A stretch of 64,000 bases of DNA from the human T2T-CHM13v2.0 reference genome, Homo sapiens (GCF_009914755.1 NC_060931.1); one strand, 5' to 3'; shown: positions 27,055 through 41,994, counted from the stretch's first letter. Notes: a model not told the origin generated them from the letters alone. A program made the numbers and translations.

Positions 27055-27954
27055 GTATTATTCATTATATTATTTCAAAAAGAAACAGCCCAATAGATAT
27101 ACATATAGGGAGAGATAACTAGATATGTAAACAAAAGGGGATTTATTATGGGAATTGGCTGCTGTAATTACTGAGGCTGAGAAATCCCATGATGTGTCTG
27201 CAAGCTGGAGAACTAGGGGAGCTGGTGGTGTAGCGCAGTCCAAGTCTGAAGGCCTGAGATCCAAAGGGTCACAGGTGCAAATCCTGAAGTCTGAAGGCTG
27301 GAGAACCTGGAGTTCTGATGTCCAAGGGCATGAGAAGAAGAGTGTCCCTGCTCCAGAAGACAGTCAATTCACTTCTCCTTTGCCTTTTTTGTTCTATCCA
27401 GGCCCTCAGCCAATTGGATGGTGCCTGCCCACATTGGGTGAGGGTGGATCTTCCTTATCAGTCCATTGATTAAATGCCAATCTCTTCCAGAAATACCTTC
27501 ACAGACACACCCAGAAATATGCTTTATTAGCTTATTAGTCTGTTCTCATGCTGCTAATAAAGACATATCTGAGATGGGTAATTTATAAAGAAAAGAGATT
27601 TAACTGACTCACAGTTCCACATGGCTGGGGCGGCCTCACAATCATGGCGGAAGGCAAGGAGAAGCAAAGCCACGTCTTACATGGAGGCAGGCAATGAGAG
27701 AGCTTGGGCAAGGGAACTCTTATTTATAAAACCATCAGATCTTGTAAGACTTATTCACTACCACGAGAACAGCATGGGAAAGACCCACCCCCATGATTCA
27801 ATTACCTCCCACTGGGTCTTTCTCATGACACATGGGAATTATGGAAGCTAAAATTCAATATGAGGCTTGGGTGGGGACACAGTCAAACCATATCAATTAG
27901 CTATCTGGGTATCCCTTGATCCTGTTAAGTTGGTACCTAAAACTAACCATCACA
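27055..27954 (-). mobile_element. MLT2-type ERVL LTR interrupted by THE1
   Basis: gggaattggct...tctgcaagctggaga...gtccaagtctgaaggcctgag...aaccatcaca. Confidence 0.85.
27531..27895 (-). mobile_element. THE1-type MaLR solo LTR
   Basis: tattagtctgttctcatgctgctaataaagaca...ggggacacagtcaaaccatatca, with 5-bp TSD ATTAG. Confidence 0.92.
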
Positions 27955-28037
27955 ATGATCAAGGCTATTTTTATCCTTTCTTTCAGCATTGTTTGTGGAT
28001 TTTCCCTCAAAAATCCCAGGTTTCCTTGTTTATCCTT

Positions 28038-28373
28038 TATGTTAGTCCATTTTCACACTGCTGATAAAGACATACCCCAGACTGGGCAATTTACAAAACA
28101 AAGAGGTTTAATTGGACTTACATTTCCATGTGGCTGAGGAAACCTCACAATCATGTCTCACATGGATGGCAGCAGGCAAAGAGAGAGAGAGTTTGTGCAG
28201 GAGAACTCCTCATTTTAAAACCATCAGATCTCATGAGACTTATTCTTCACTATCATAAGAATAGCATGGGAAAGACTTGCCCTCATGATTCAATTATCTC
28301 CCACCAGGTCCCTCCCACAACACATGGGAATTCAAGATGAGATTTGGTTGGGAACACAGGCAAATCATATCAT
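28038..28373 (-). mobile_element. THE1A-like solo LTR with a small internal deletion
   Basis: ttagtccattttcacactgctgataaagacatacc...catatca. Imperfect TSD tcctt/tccct. Confidence 0.9.
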
Positions 28374-28904
28374 CCCTCATCTCCCAGATTCTAATACCCA
28401 TAGTATCCTACCCACCCCCTTTTCTGATTCTATTTCCCACTTCCTCACTTCCTGAAACAACTTCAATGTGCTTGTAGGAACTCTTTATTCATCAGCAGCA
28501 AAATTTCTTTATGCTTGGCTTCTCTTCTGAATGTTTCCTTTCTCTTCTTTCTCTCCCTGAAAGTTGACTCTCCCCTGAGGACACAGCTGCCCTTGCAGCT
28601 TTCTCACATTGTGGCTTCTTTCTCGTCCACATTCCTCTAGTCAACTGGTTAGTGTCCTTCTTGTTCTTCTTTGCTGCTTCTAGACCATTCTCTCTCCTTC
28701 CTCTTTAAAAGTATCCACATGTGATATTATGTCATTATATTGTACTACCTGCTACTGTTCCTTGTGACAGTCACCTATCAACCCACTGGTTACATTCCAT
28801 CATTCCTTGAAAATTTTATCTCCTGACTCATTGTCTCATTCCCCATCTTTTTCCTGTTATGATTCTTGATTATGTCAATATAATTAATCTTCCCAATATA
28901 GTGA

Positions 28905-29252
<348 letters not shown>

Positions 29253-29398
29253 TAACTTTAATCTGCAATATTATCCACTTCCAATTATCACTATCTATTT
29301 TGCTATTTTACTTTCTGTAGTACCTGGACACCAAAATCTACAATTTATTGTGTTCATCACTTTTTACTGACCCTTGTGCCCTACATTTTAAAATGTCG

Positions 29399-29687
29399 TT
29401 TTTTAAGATATAATTGACAAAATTGTATGATTTTAAGATGTACAATGTGATAATTTGTTATGCATATATTTTGTGAAATGATTATTGCAAAATCCAGTTA
29501 GTTAACACACCTATCACTTCACCTCATTACTCTTTTTTGTTTTGTTTTGTTTTCCTATGAGAACATTTAAGCAAATTTCAAGTATAAATTCAGGATTGTT
29601 AACTGTAATCATCATGCTGTATACTAGATCTCCCAAACTTACTCATTTTATGACTGAAAGTTTGTACCCTTTAACCAATATCTCCCT
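29399..29687 (-). mobile_element. L1MA/MB 3'-end fragment
   Basis: tttaagatataattgaca...catgctgtatactagatctcc...ctgaaagtttgtaccctt. Confidence 0.8.
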
Positions 29688-30001
29688 ATAGTAATAGAAG
29701 ACAAAATAAAATATATGGTACACGTGCAGATAGGTGGCTACCTATGGTGGTGGCTTCATAGAAGTTTTCTTCTTAGTGCTTATATTTTTTCAGTGAAATA
29801 AGATGCAAAATCTTTGGGTTAGATTAGAGATAGGACAAGGTTCCTCCACATTGTTGCCAATGCCCTGTGCCTCTCTTCTCCTCATTTACCTCCTTACTCA
29901 GGTTAATTCTATGGCCAATCATTACATTTCTGCCCTTGCTTACAACCTCAGCTCTCTTGCCCCTCTCTCATTTTGTTGTGCTGCTTTCCGTTAAAGTATA
30001 A

Positions 30002-30420
30002 TTTGAATAAAGTTAAACCTGACTCTGATGCAAATATTAATAAGCGTAGATTAAATATTTTATTCAACTCATTAATTAATGAGGCAATTAGAAGTTATAA
30101 CTGGTTCAAAGAACATTTAAGTAATTAGGTATATACAGGCAGTGCTAGGATAAAAATTGCTAGATTAGATATAAAACTGGTTAACATCCAATAGGGCCAT
30201 AAACCATGTGATCCATTAGGCAAAAATTATTTGTATCTCTACTGGACAAAAAAACCCTACAACTTAATATGCAACTTCACATATCACCTGGGGCCTTTAA
30301 TCAATAGTTAACAGTGAGTTCAAGTAAGTACATTCCACAGGATAATCCATGGGTGGCCTTCATCACCATATGACAAAGAAGGATACGGGACTCATATTTT
30401 TGCCTTATTTAAATAACAGC
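30002..30420 (-). mobile_element. Old ERV1 LTR (LTR37-like)
   Basis: AT-rich LTR with a minus-strand AATAAA (plus-strand aatattttattc) and ...taaataaca end. Family assigned from memory. Confidence 0.45.
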
Positions 30421-30873
30421 CTTAAAATCGCAAGCCTGGCTAAATTCAAGTTCTAAACTATGCTACACTTGTACTGCACAAGTAAACATGCCTGGAGAAA
30501 AACCAATGTTCTCACTTCAAATTCATGATCACTAGTTTTTGGTTTGTTTTTTCCGTACCTCAGTGGATGCAAAATGATCACCAGTTTTAAGAAGACCCTT
30601 ATTAACCATGATGTATTCATTGATTCCACTTGCCCTCCCACTCTCCTAGATGACTATGTCACACTTTTTCTACCCTCAAACCTCCTCCACTTCTTTTCCT
30701 ATCTCTACTCTAAGCCAGAGATTTTGCATCTTATTTCACTGAAAGAATATAAGCCAGAAGAAAAATTCTACAAACTGCCACCTCCACGTGTACCCACCTA
30801 TCTGCATCTGTACTCATATATTTCACTTTCTTTTCTATTACTATGGATGAACTGTCCTCCCAGAAAAGATCAA

Positions 30874-33800
30874 GGACTCAACTTTAGGCTTCTGACCATG
30901 GGTTAGATTAGAGATAGGACAAGTTTCCTCCACATTGTTGCCAATGCCCTGTGCCTCTCTTTTCCTCATTTACCTCCTTACTCAGGTTAATTCAAGATGA
31001 TGGGTTAACAGGACTGGACTTAAACTTTTACCTTAAGCAACTAGAAAATGAGACAAAATATATTTTAAAAGGTTTCAGACAGGCATTTGATAACAGGAAG
31101 CACAGGACAGTGATCTCTGAAAGAAGGGAAACGTTTAAATAAGATGAAGCCTACAATTGTCTGCGCTTCTAGTGCAGAGGAGTTTCCAGGCCACAGTACC
31201 ACGAGGAGAATACCAAATGAGCCTAGCAGTCTTGCTGGGTTGAGGAAACAACATACACTGAAATTTGGAGATGCAAAGAGAAAGAGCTCTGGGAATCTGT
31301 AGAAAAGTCCCTTAAGGCTTGGACTCAGCACTAATTTAGACATTTGTATGTGAAAACCAGCCAAAGTTTGGGAAAGAAAACACAGGAAAAGAGGAGGTGG
31401 GACAATCCCTGGGACTCACACAGCATTTAGAAAAATTTGTGTTTGCACCAGCCACAGAAGAAAGGTCTCCTAATATGTGAGACATTTGGTAATGTCCTCA
31501 GAAGTGTATTGCCTTAGTAGTGGACTAAATTAGCCCTAAATTAAAGCCTTGAAAGGATCAAACTAATTCCAAGTCACTCAACATGTCTCGGAACAAATCT
31601 AAAGCAATACATTAAATCTGACATCCAATAATGTAAAATTCACAATGTCTAGTATCTAATAAAAAAACATAGCGGGAATACGAAGGAGCTGGAAAACATG
31701 ACCTATAACCGGGAAAAAAGATACAATAGAAATGACTCAGAAATTACATAGATAATAGAATTAGGAAACAACGAAATAAAAACAGCTATTACAAATATAC
31801 TCCATATCCTCAAAAACAAAAGAAGAGCATGAACATGATGAGAAGAGAAAAGAGAGATTAAAAAGTCCCACATTAACTTTGTAGAAATAAAAATAATACA
31901 ATATCTGAAATGAAAATACACTGGATGGCATTAATGGCAGATTAAATGCTGCAGAAAAAAATAAGTGGACTTGAAGACATGGCATTAGAAACTACCCACA
32001 CTGAATATACAAAGAAAATAAATTGAAAAAACTAAGCAGAGAATCAGTGACCTTTGTAACAGTATCAAGCAGTCTAATATGTATATAATTGGAATCTTGG
32101 AGAGGAGGGTTAGGAGAGACAGAAAAAATATTTGAAGAATAGTCAAAAAATTTCCAAATGTGATAAAAATGATAAACCTACAGATCCAAAACGCTCAATA
32201 AATCCCAAACATGAAGAAAAACCACACAAGGCACATCATAATCAAATTGCTGAAATTTAATGAAAAAGATAAAAAAATTTAAATCAGCCAGAGGAAAAAA
32301 GATGCATTATACATAAAGGAATAAAAGTAAGAATTACAGCAGACTTGCAAACCAGACTTGCCTCAGACTTGCAAACCAGATGACATCACAAAGATATGGA
32401 AAGAAAAAGGCTCGCAATTCTAGAATTCTACACTGGTCAAAAATATCTTTAAAAAATTAGGCAAAAACCAAGAGAAATTAACGCATATTTCTAAATAAAA
32501 GCATGCACACAAAGGTTCACAGAAGTTTTATTTGTAATAGCCAAAACCTGGAAATGACCCATATGTCCATTAACAGATGAATAAACATACAAATTATGTC
32601 ATATGATATATTGATACATGCAAAATAAATGAAACTCAAAGTAATTATTCTAAGTGAAAGAAGCCAGACAGCTGGGCATGGTGGCTCGTCTGTCATCCTA
32701 ATACTTCAGAAGGCCAAGGTGAGTGGATCACTTGAGCTGAGGAGTACAAGACCAGCTTGGGCAACATGGTGTAGAGATAGTGAAACCCCATCTCTACAAA
32801 AAAATACAAAAATTAGCCAGGTGTGGTGGCTTGTGCCTGTAATCCCAGGTACTTAGGGGGCTGAGGCAGGAGGATCCCTTAAGGCTAGGAGGTGGAGATT
32901 GCAATGAGCCAAGATGGTGCCACTGCACAGCCTGGGTAAAAGAGCAAGATCCGGTCTCAAAAAAAAAAAAAAAAAAAAAAAGCCAGACAAAAATGAGTGC
33001 ACACTATATGATTCTATTTACATAAAATTCTAGGAAAAGTGAAAACTAATCTGTGATCATAGATTAGTAGATCAGTTCTTGCCCAAGGAAGCGGTAACAT
33101 GGAGAAGTGGAAAGAGGGATTACAAAGAGAAATGAAGAAACTTTGGGGAGTTATGGATATATTCATTATTTTGATTGTGGTAATTGTTTCATAGGTGTAC
33201 ACAAACATCAAACCTTGTTAAATTATACACTTTAAATTTGTGCAGTTTATTGTATATCAATTATATCTCAAAAAAGTGGTTTAAAAAATTAAAGCAAAAC
33301 AAAAAATTTTCAGACAAGCCAAAACTGATAATTTATTGCCAGCAGACCTATGCTATAAGGAATATTCAAGAAAATTCTTCAGGTAGAAGAAAAATGACAC
33401 CAGATGGAAATTTGAACCTACACAAAGGAATAGAAAAAAAAAATGATAAGTATATAAACAAATATGAGGGTTTTTTTCTAAGTTAAAAAAGTCTTAAAAA
33501 ATGACTGTCTAAAGTAAAAACAATAACAATATAGTAAAAGGTTCATTCATACGTGGAAGTAAAATGTATGATAACAGTTGCATAATGGATGGGAGAGAAA
33601 ATAAAACACACTTTTTTAAGAGTCATATGTGAAATAATACAATATTTAAAGGTAAACTTTGATAAGATAATGATATATATTTGAAAGCTTAAAGAAATGA
33701 TGCAAAACAAACTAATGAAATATAGTTAATAAGCCTACAAATGGAATATTTTCAAAAAACAATTCAATCCAAAAAGGGAAAGGGAGAAACAAAGAACAGA

Positions 33801-34165
33801 TAAGATAATTGGAAAAAATAGCAAAATGGTAGATTTAAATTCAACTAGATTGAAAGTCACATTAAATGTAAATTATCTACACATTCCAATGAAAAGGCAG
33901 AGATCTGTCAGACTGAAAAAAACCACAAGATCTAACTTTATACTGTCTACAAGAACACTACTTTAAACATAATGACATTTAGAAGTTAAATGTAAAAAGG
34001 AAAGAAAATGATATGCCACCATAATATTAATTAAAAAAAAACTGGAGTGAGTGGCTATATTATCCTCATAAAGTAGACTTCAGAACAAGGAAAGTTGTTA
34101 GACTATTTCATATTTCATATTCACCATAAAAAGGTGAATTCATCAAGAGGATGTAATGATCCTTG
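30874..34165 (+). mobile_element. Old L1M 5' end, ORF1 and ORF2 start, with a nested L1ME 3' piece (~32470-33290)
   Basis: A-rich ORF1-like text (aaacctacagatccaa...cacatcataatcaaattgctgaa). Endonuclease-like text (cacattaaatgtaaat...tactgtctacaaga). Confidence 0.8.
32671..32981 (+). mobile_element. AluJ
   Basis: Diverged dimer with a long poly(A). TSD aagccagaca. Confidence 0.92.
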
Positions 34166-34169
34166 CAAA

Positions 34170-35380
34170 GTCAACCTCATCCCTATCAACTAGATCCCAT
34201 TCCCATTAACTTATTCAAGGACAGCACTTGAGCAAATATTCTGTCTCCTGTAGCACCATTTTTTTTCCTGTTTACTAGAACGTTTGCATTAGCATATTAA
34301 GAAGCTGTCATTTATTTAAAAACAAATTAACCCTTTTGTGACCACAGATCCTTCAGCTAATATTCAACTCTTTTTTCTTTAGATAAAATTTCTAGGAAGT
34401 GTTGTTTATACTTGCTTTTTCCAAATCCTTTCCTCTCATTCTCTCTTAAATCCATTCTCATAAGACCTTTGCCTAACAACTGTACTAAAGCTGCTTTTGT
34501 CAAGCTCACCAATAACTTTTACCTAATTCAATCCAATAGTCAAGTCTCAGGCCTCACTTCCTTGATCTAACAATAGGATTTGATGGAAGTCATCACTCCC
34601 TACTTCTTCATAAGCTTTCTTTTTTTGGCTTCCAAGACTCCATACTCTCTTGGTTTTCTTCCTGTTTCCTTCTTTTCCTTTCCTGATTTATTCCTGACCT
34701 CTTACTAATACAGCGCTCTAGGGATCAGACTTTGGCCCTTTTTTCCCCTCTATCTACACTCACGTCCTTGATGATCTCACTGGGTCTCACAGCTTTAAAT
34801 ACCAAACATATGCTTGCTAATGACTTTCAAAGTTATGTCTCCAGCCTAAACCTCTTACCTGTGGTAGAGACTTATATACCTACTTGCCTATTCCAATATC
34901 TCTAACTAGATGTTTAATGGGGATCTCAAATTTAACGTGTCAAAAACTGAACTTCTTATTCCTTCCGGCAAAATATCTACCATGCCCCAAGGCTTCCCCG
35001 TGTTAGTAATGTCTCTTCCACTTTTTGTAATGATTTGCCAAAAACTGTGGTGTCCTCCTTTAAGCCTGTCTTTCTCTTATGTACTACAGCCTAGTTCCTA
35101 TGCTATAAGAAAATTCTATCAGTTACATTTCCAAAATATATCCAGAAGCCAACCATATCTTACCTTCTCCACCACTGCCACCTAGTTCAAGCCACAATTA
35201 TCTTTCACTTAGATTACTGCAAGAGCTTCCAATTTGTCTCACTGAGTCCACCCATGACCCTCTTCCATTTTTCAACACCAGCAGGCAAAATAATCTTTTC
35301 AAAATCTAAGTTATTTCATTCCACTTCCTTCTCAAAACTCACGACCAGCTACCATATCACTTAGAATAAAAGCCATTAAA
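34170..35380 (+). mobile_element. L2 (3' part)
   Basis: tctccagcctaaacctct...ctcaaatttaacgtgtcaaaaactgaact...agattactgcaagagc. Confidence 0.85.
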
Positions 35381-35439
35381 TCACTTTCACTTGAAAATCT
35401 TCATCTTGGGCTCTGCTGCTATGAAATACAACCTAAGAC

Positions 35440-37070
35440 AAGCCAGAGGTTATTGGTAAGGTACTCACAGAAGAAAGTTGTCAATTTAAAATTCTACACT
35501 GAAATAAGGAGATATTGAGAAGAGTCATATGGATGGACCTATGAGAATCTTTGTATTAGATATTAATGCCCACCAGAGAGCATCTATTGCAGAAGTAGAA
35601 TTAAACAACCAAGTGGACAAGATGATTCATTCAGTAGATGTTAGCCAGCCTTGGTCCTTGGCAATCTCCGTGCTTGCTAATTAATGGAGTAGCTATGGTG
35701 GCAGAGTTGGTGTCTATTAATATATGTGCACCCAAGTGCACTGGCTTTAGCTCACTGAGATTGGTGCAGCCACTACTGTTTCTCAGTATTGACCAGACAG
35801 TGGCAGGGTCCAGTGCTGAACTCCCAATATGGCACCACCCCTTGAGAAGTTCAACCAGCCACCTGGTGGCAAGATTTTTTTTTTTTTTTACATCTAACTC
35901 CTTTAGCCTGAAAAAGGTAACAACACTTCCTGACTAGGATTGACATGTCAATCAATCCGTGGCATACATTTGCCTTTCTCTCCTCCAGTGCCTCAACCAG
36001 TATTGCTAGCTAGTGGCTCATAGTTTCTAAACTGCCGGCAAGGGAACCCACATAATATCATCTGGGACCAAGAACCTTTTTCAGCAAAGAAGGTAATGCA
36101 GGGAGCACTTTTCCTGTCACATTCTGCATTATCCAGAAGCTGCCAGCCAGCCTAATAAAGAAGTGAGGCAGTCTCCTGAAGGAACATTGAAATACTGGCT
36201 TGGAAATGCCACTATCTGGGGCACTATCTTTCAGGACGTTGGGTATGTCTTCAGCCAATACCCATAACATGGTACCATATCCCCAGAATGTAGAATACAT
36301 GGATTTGAGACCAAGGCATGGAAGTAGAAGTGGCCATATTTATTATCACTCCCAGTGACTCACTTGGGAAACTGGTACTTCCTGTTCCACAATGTTAGCC
36401 TCTGTAGGTTTGAAGACCCTGGTTTCCAGAGGCAGATGCTTCTACCAAAAGGCACTATTTCACTAAATTTAGTTATAGCAGCTACCTGGTCACTTTAGGT
36501 TTCTCATGCCAGTATATCAGCACTCATAAACAGCAGTTATCATACTGAAAAGGATAATTGACGCTGATCATTACAGCAAAGTGGGGCTCTGGATACATAT
36601 GAGAGAAGGGAAAAATATGTTTGATGCTCAGACAATCCATTGAATCATTTCTTGGTACTCCCATGCTTAGTTCTAATTGTAAATGAACTATCTGGGCATG
36701 GTGGCCTGTGCCTGTAGTCCCAGCTACTCAGGAGGCTGAGGCAGGAGGATCACTTGCGCCCAGGAGGTTGAAGCTGCAGTGAGCTGTGACTGCACCTAGG
36801 TGACACTGAACACTGAAGCCTGGGTGACAGAGTGAGACCTTGTCTCTAAAAATAAAAATAAAAAAAAGGTAAATGAGCAAATACAGGGACCACAACTTGA
36901 CAAATACATGGCAACTAGGGACCCAGTCCCCTCAAGGATGAGGATCTAGGCCCACCAGGTATACTAACTAGACTAGCAAAAGTGCTTGCCAAAGTTAAGA
37001 ATGGGTGGTAGAGGAGAGAGTTGATGTGTGTCAGTTTAGGCTTCAGGACAAACTGAAACAGTTGTATCCT
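35440..37070 (+). mobile_element. ERVL/MaLR internal pol-like remnant
   Basis: aatgcccaccagagagca...aacaaccaagtggacaagatg translates to NAHQRA...NNQVDKM (ERVL RNaseH/integrase junction). Many stops. Confidence 0.7.
36691..36868 (+). mobile_element. Alu right monomer (FRAM/AluJ)
   Basis: Single monomer with an A tail. TSD-like gtaaatga. Confidence 0.85.
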
Positions 37071-39484
37071 CCAGCATCCAACATGTTATCAGACGTAATG
37101 TTTATGTAAAGGGATCAGACAGTATATTAACTTCTGGGCTGGACAAACACTTATGGGCACTCTGGACAGGGTAATAGAGTGTTGTCTCTTAAAATCTATA
37201 TTCTTTAAATACATTTAAATCTACAGTCTTTATATATATATATTTAAATCTATGGTCTTTATGTATTTACTCAGAAGGGATACTGAGCGCTATGTGGATG
37301 GAGGTTAGAGATGACGACTGATCAAATTACTTAATATTCCTATAGTTTCATTAGGGTTTTCTCTGTAAACAATCATGTTAATAAAATAATGGAACTTTTG
37401 TTTCTTCATCTCTAATCCTCATATACGTTCCACTTTTTTGTTGTCTTATTTGGTACCTAGGCATTCCAGTATAATGTTGAATAGAAATGGGGAGAGTAAG
37501 TACCCTCTATTTGTTTCTGATTTTAGAAGAAAATCTCAACATTTCCTCCATTACACATGGTGTTTGCTGTAGGCTTTTTGTAGATATCCTTTATCAGATT
37601 AAGAGAATGTTCTTCAATTTCTAGTTTTAATAAACTAGATAGTTTTTTAAATCATGAAAAGCTGTTGAATATTAGATTTTTATAAATATCTATCAAGATA
37701 ATCATATAATGTTTCTCCTTCAATCAGTTAATGTACCAAATTGCATTAATAAGTGCTCTCACATTGAGGGAACATTGTATTCTTGAATAATCACATCTTG
37801 CTTATGATTATCCATTACTTGGGTTGATTTATTCATATTTCATTTGTGATTTTTGCATCCATAATCATAAGTGTGATTGACCTGTACTTTTTCCTTCTTT
37901 ATCACATTTTATTGTTCTGCTATCCTTACATTTATCCTGTTTGGTCTTGATATCAAGGGTATTCTAGTGTCATAAATAAATGCTTAGCTCATTTATTTTC
38001 AGTATTTGTGTTCTTTTGATATCATTTAGTTCTAATTTTCCCCTAATTTCCATTATATTTCTTTATAGACCCATGAATTATTGAGAAGGGTATTTTTTGG
38101 CCTTTTTGTTTCCTGTATTTTGGAGCTCTGTTGTTGAATATGAAAATATTTATATTGTTATATATTCCTGATGTATTAATCCTTTTATTATCATGAAACA
38201 CCCCCTTTATTCCTACTATTTTTTTGTTTTAAAGTCTACCTGGCTGATATTTGTATAGTTACTCTGGCTTTCTGGCTACTATTTGCATGATGTATCTTTG
38301 TTCATCTTTATGTTTTGAACCTATTTCTGTCTTTAAATCTAAAGTGTGTCTCTTATAGAAAATATATTGGATCATGCTTTAAAAAAAAAAATCCAGTCCA
38401 ACAATCTTTGCCTTTGAAGTCCATTCACATTTAGTGTAATTATTGACATGTCTGTCATTTTCTATTTTTTTCTGTCTCATGTCTTCTTTTCTGCCTCCTT
38501 TTGTGCTAAACAAATATTTTTTAATGTACTATTTTGATTCATTTGTTGACTTTTTGACTCTATGTTTTCAGTTATTTTCTCAGTGGCCAGGATTATAATG
38601 TGCATCCTAACATCATATATGTCAGGTTAATACTGACAGGATTCTCATAAAAATTTGCCCCAATGTAGATTCATTGCCTCCCTCATTCTTTGTAATTATT
38701 GCCATATATGTTATATCTCTGTCTGCTGTAAATCAATAATACAGTATTGTAAGTATTGTTTTATGAAATCTATGTTTTTAAAATAAATTAAGAGACTTAT
38801 CTAGGAATGTCTTTATTTTGAATTCCTTTTTAAAGGCTATTTTTGCTTGATGTAGAATGTCTGCTGACAGTCTGTTAGCTTTTTGAATGTCATTTCATTG
38901 CCTTTGGTTCCCCATTGTTTATGAGAAGTCAGCCAAAACTCTTTGTCTTCTCCCTATGTGTGATAAGTCATTTTCTCTTGCTGCTTTTAAGATTTTCTCT
39001 TTATCTCTGCCTTTAAGCAGTTTGAGTATGATGTGTTATAGGCATTGATCTCTTTGTATTTATTTTCCTTGGGGTATGTTGAGGTTCTTGGATCTACATA
39101 TTAATGTTTTTCATCAGATTTGTTAAGATTTTTGCCATTATTCCTTCACATATGTTCTCTGTCTCTTCCTCTCCTTCTGGGATGCATATACAGATGTATG
39201 TTGGCATACCTGATATTGTCCCACAGGTCTTTGAAGCTCTGGGGTTTTTTTTCTTCAATCTTTTTCCTTCCTCTCTTCTCCACATTGAATATTCTGTTGA
39301 TCTATCTCCAGGTTTATACCTTTTTTATTTCCATTATCTTATTGTTAAGACCACCTAGTGACTGTTTCACATTGGTTATTATATTTTGATTCTGGAATTT
39401 CCATTTTGTTCCTTTTTCTAGTTTCTGGATATTTGTTGAGATTTCCTATTTGTGTGTCATTGTCATCATATTTTCATTTATTAA

Positions 39485-39601
<117 letters not shown>

Positions 39602-41759
39602 TGACTCATTTAATTTTTTAAATGTTACTTCACTTAATTCTTTGAACATATTTATAATAGCAGCTTTGAAGTTTTTGCTACTAAGTTCAACATGACAGTC
39701 AATTTCTGCTGACTGATTTTTATCATGACTATGGGTCACATTTCTTGTTTCTTTGTATGTCTCAGGCTTTTGTGTTGGAAACCAGAGATAATCTAAATAA
39801 TACATTACAGCAACTCTGGATTTCACTTTCTTGTGAAAGTTGTGGTTGTTTTAGTAACTTGCCTAGGCTTAACCTGAGGAACCTCTCTCCCCTACAACAT
39901 GCAGATGCTGATGTCTCTGCCCAGTTTCTTTTTAAATATTTACATTAGTTTTTTAACATCCTGGCTTCTCAGGGGTCACACCTGTCTGTGCATAGTTTAG
40001 TGGTCAGCCAATGGTTGGTGAAAGGTTGTGTTTAAATGTCTCAATTTCATAAGTTTTCCACCCTCTGTGAGGATACCCAACTGTGCATAAGTTGGAGAGT
40101 ACATCCAAAAGCCAGACATTTTCAAGTATATTTCAACTTTTACTTCTAAGAGACTGATTTGAATCTCCTCTGAGTGGGCACATGGTTTCCCCGTTAGCCA
40201 GGGAGATACAAAGAGTTTGTCTCGTCCCTTCATAATGCTCTCATTTTAGGTACCTCCCTACATATTTCTGGCTGGTTGCCACCCTAACCAGACCACACTT
40301 TAGTCTAGCAGAGTTGGGAGTTTTTCCTGTTTGTTTCCTAACGGGTTTTCTACTTATACTGACAATGATATTGTCTGTGGATTTTTGCTCTCTGCTCCCA
40401 ACCAAGTCATTTCCTTCTGGCTGTGAAGCTACTGGTTTCCACAGCCAGCTCTTCCCTGGAAAAACTATCTTTCTCACCAACTGAGCTGAAGGGGATGGGA
40501 GTAGCCCCAGACAAAAAGGTGGCAAACTCACACTGTTCTTCCCCAAAGTAAGTGCAAGCAGTTTGCATGAATAAATGCTTCTTTAAATGTTGTTTGTGTC
40601 TGGTTAATTTCCAGGGCCCTTAAGTAATTGTTGTTTTCACAATTTTGTCTAGTTTTATATTTGCTTTTTGCCAACAGTATTTTCTAATCTCTTAACTCCA
40701 CCATAGTTGGAAGTCCTGCCTCTAAATATATTTTAACCACAATTTTTCATTAAATCAATATTCAGCATACACTGTAAACACATAAATGATTTTATATCTG
40801 AGGTCAATAGTAAACTAGCATTATTTGTTCACTTTGGTTTTTCTTAATGTTAAAAAAGATTTTCTTCTCCCTCCTCTTTTAAAAGGTAGATACAGGGTCT
40901 TGCTTTAGTTGCCCAGGCTAGTCTCACACTCCTGGGCTCAAGCATTCTTCCCAACTTAGCCTCCCAAGCAGCTGGGACTATAGGCATGTGCCACCACTCC
41001 CAGCTTCATATTTTCATTTAAAATTGAATTTTCCCAGGCCATCATCTCAATATAGTTTTATTTTGGTCAAAACTTTCAGACAAACTATCCCTTTTTTATT
41101 CTCTCCTGGAGATATTTTTCTTAGAGTTCCTCATTTCTTTATTCCAATCTTGACTAATTTTTCTCTGGGTCTGCAGTATAGGTGCTATTCTGAAAATCTC
41201 CTTTGACTCTCTTCTGTGTTGGGTGCATTGTTTAGTGAGTTAAATGTGATTGTTGTAGAGGTCATGGAAAATAGTGCCTAAAAACATGGGCCCTGGAGTT
41301 AGAATAAATTTAGAGTCCAGCTCTATATCATTATTTGTGCCACATTGGAGACACTGCCTATCTATGCCTCAATTTTCCAGTCTGTAAACTGGTAAAAAGA
41401 ACAGTACTTGCCTTCTTTGGTTGTCCTGAAGATCAAATGAGCTAAAATATCATAAATATTTACTACTCTCATTGTGTTGAAATATGTTTGGTGGAACACA
41501 TGCAGTTTTTTGAGAAATGTGTTAGAGACTTTGCACAGGTCATAATTCTACTAACACTTGATTGTCTGATCAGGCATAGAATTCTAGGTTGAAAATTATG
41601 TGTCCTCAGAATTTTAAAGGCATTGTGCTGTTATCTTGTAGTTCCAGTGCTGCTGATAAGTCTGATGACATTCTGGTTGCCATTTTTTCTGTAAGTGTTT
41701 TTTGTTCATTTGTTTGTTTTGTTTTGGAAGCTTTTTGAATCTCTTATCCTTGGTGGGTG

Positions 41760-41994
41760 TTTTTGTTTGGTTAGTTTTTTTCTGAGACAGAGTTTTGCAA
41801 TTCTCTTGCCTCAGCCTCCCGAGTAGCTGTGACTACAGGGGCGTGCCACCACACCCGGCAAATTTTGTATTTTTAATAGAGGCGGGGTTTTACCATGTTG
41901 GCCAGGCTTGTCTCAAACTTCTGACCTCAGGTGATCCACCTGCCTCAGCCTCCCAAAGTGCTGAGATTACAGGTGTGAGCCACCACACCCAGCC
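41760..41994 (-). mobile_element. AluS with an internal deletion
   Basis: gagacagagttttgc jumps directly to aattctcttgcctcagcctccc. Confidence 0.9.
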
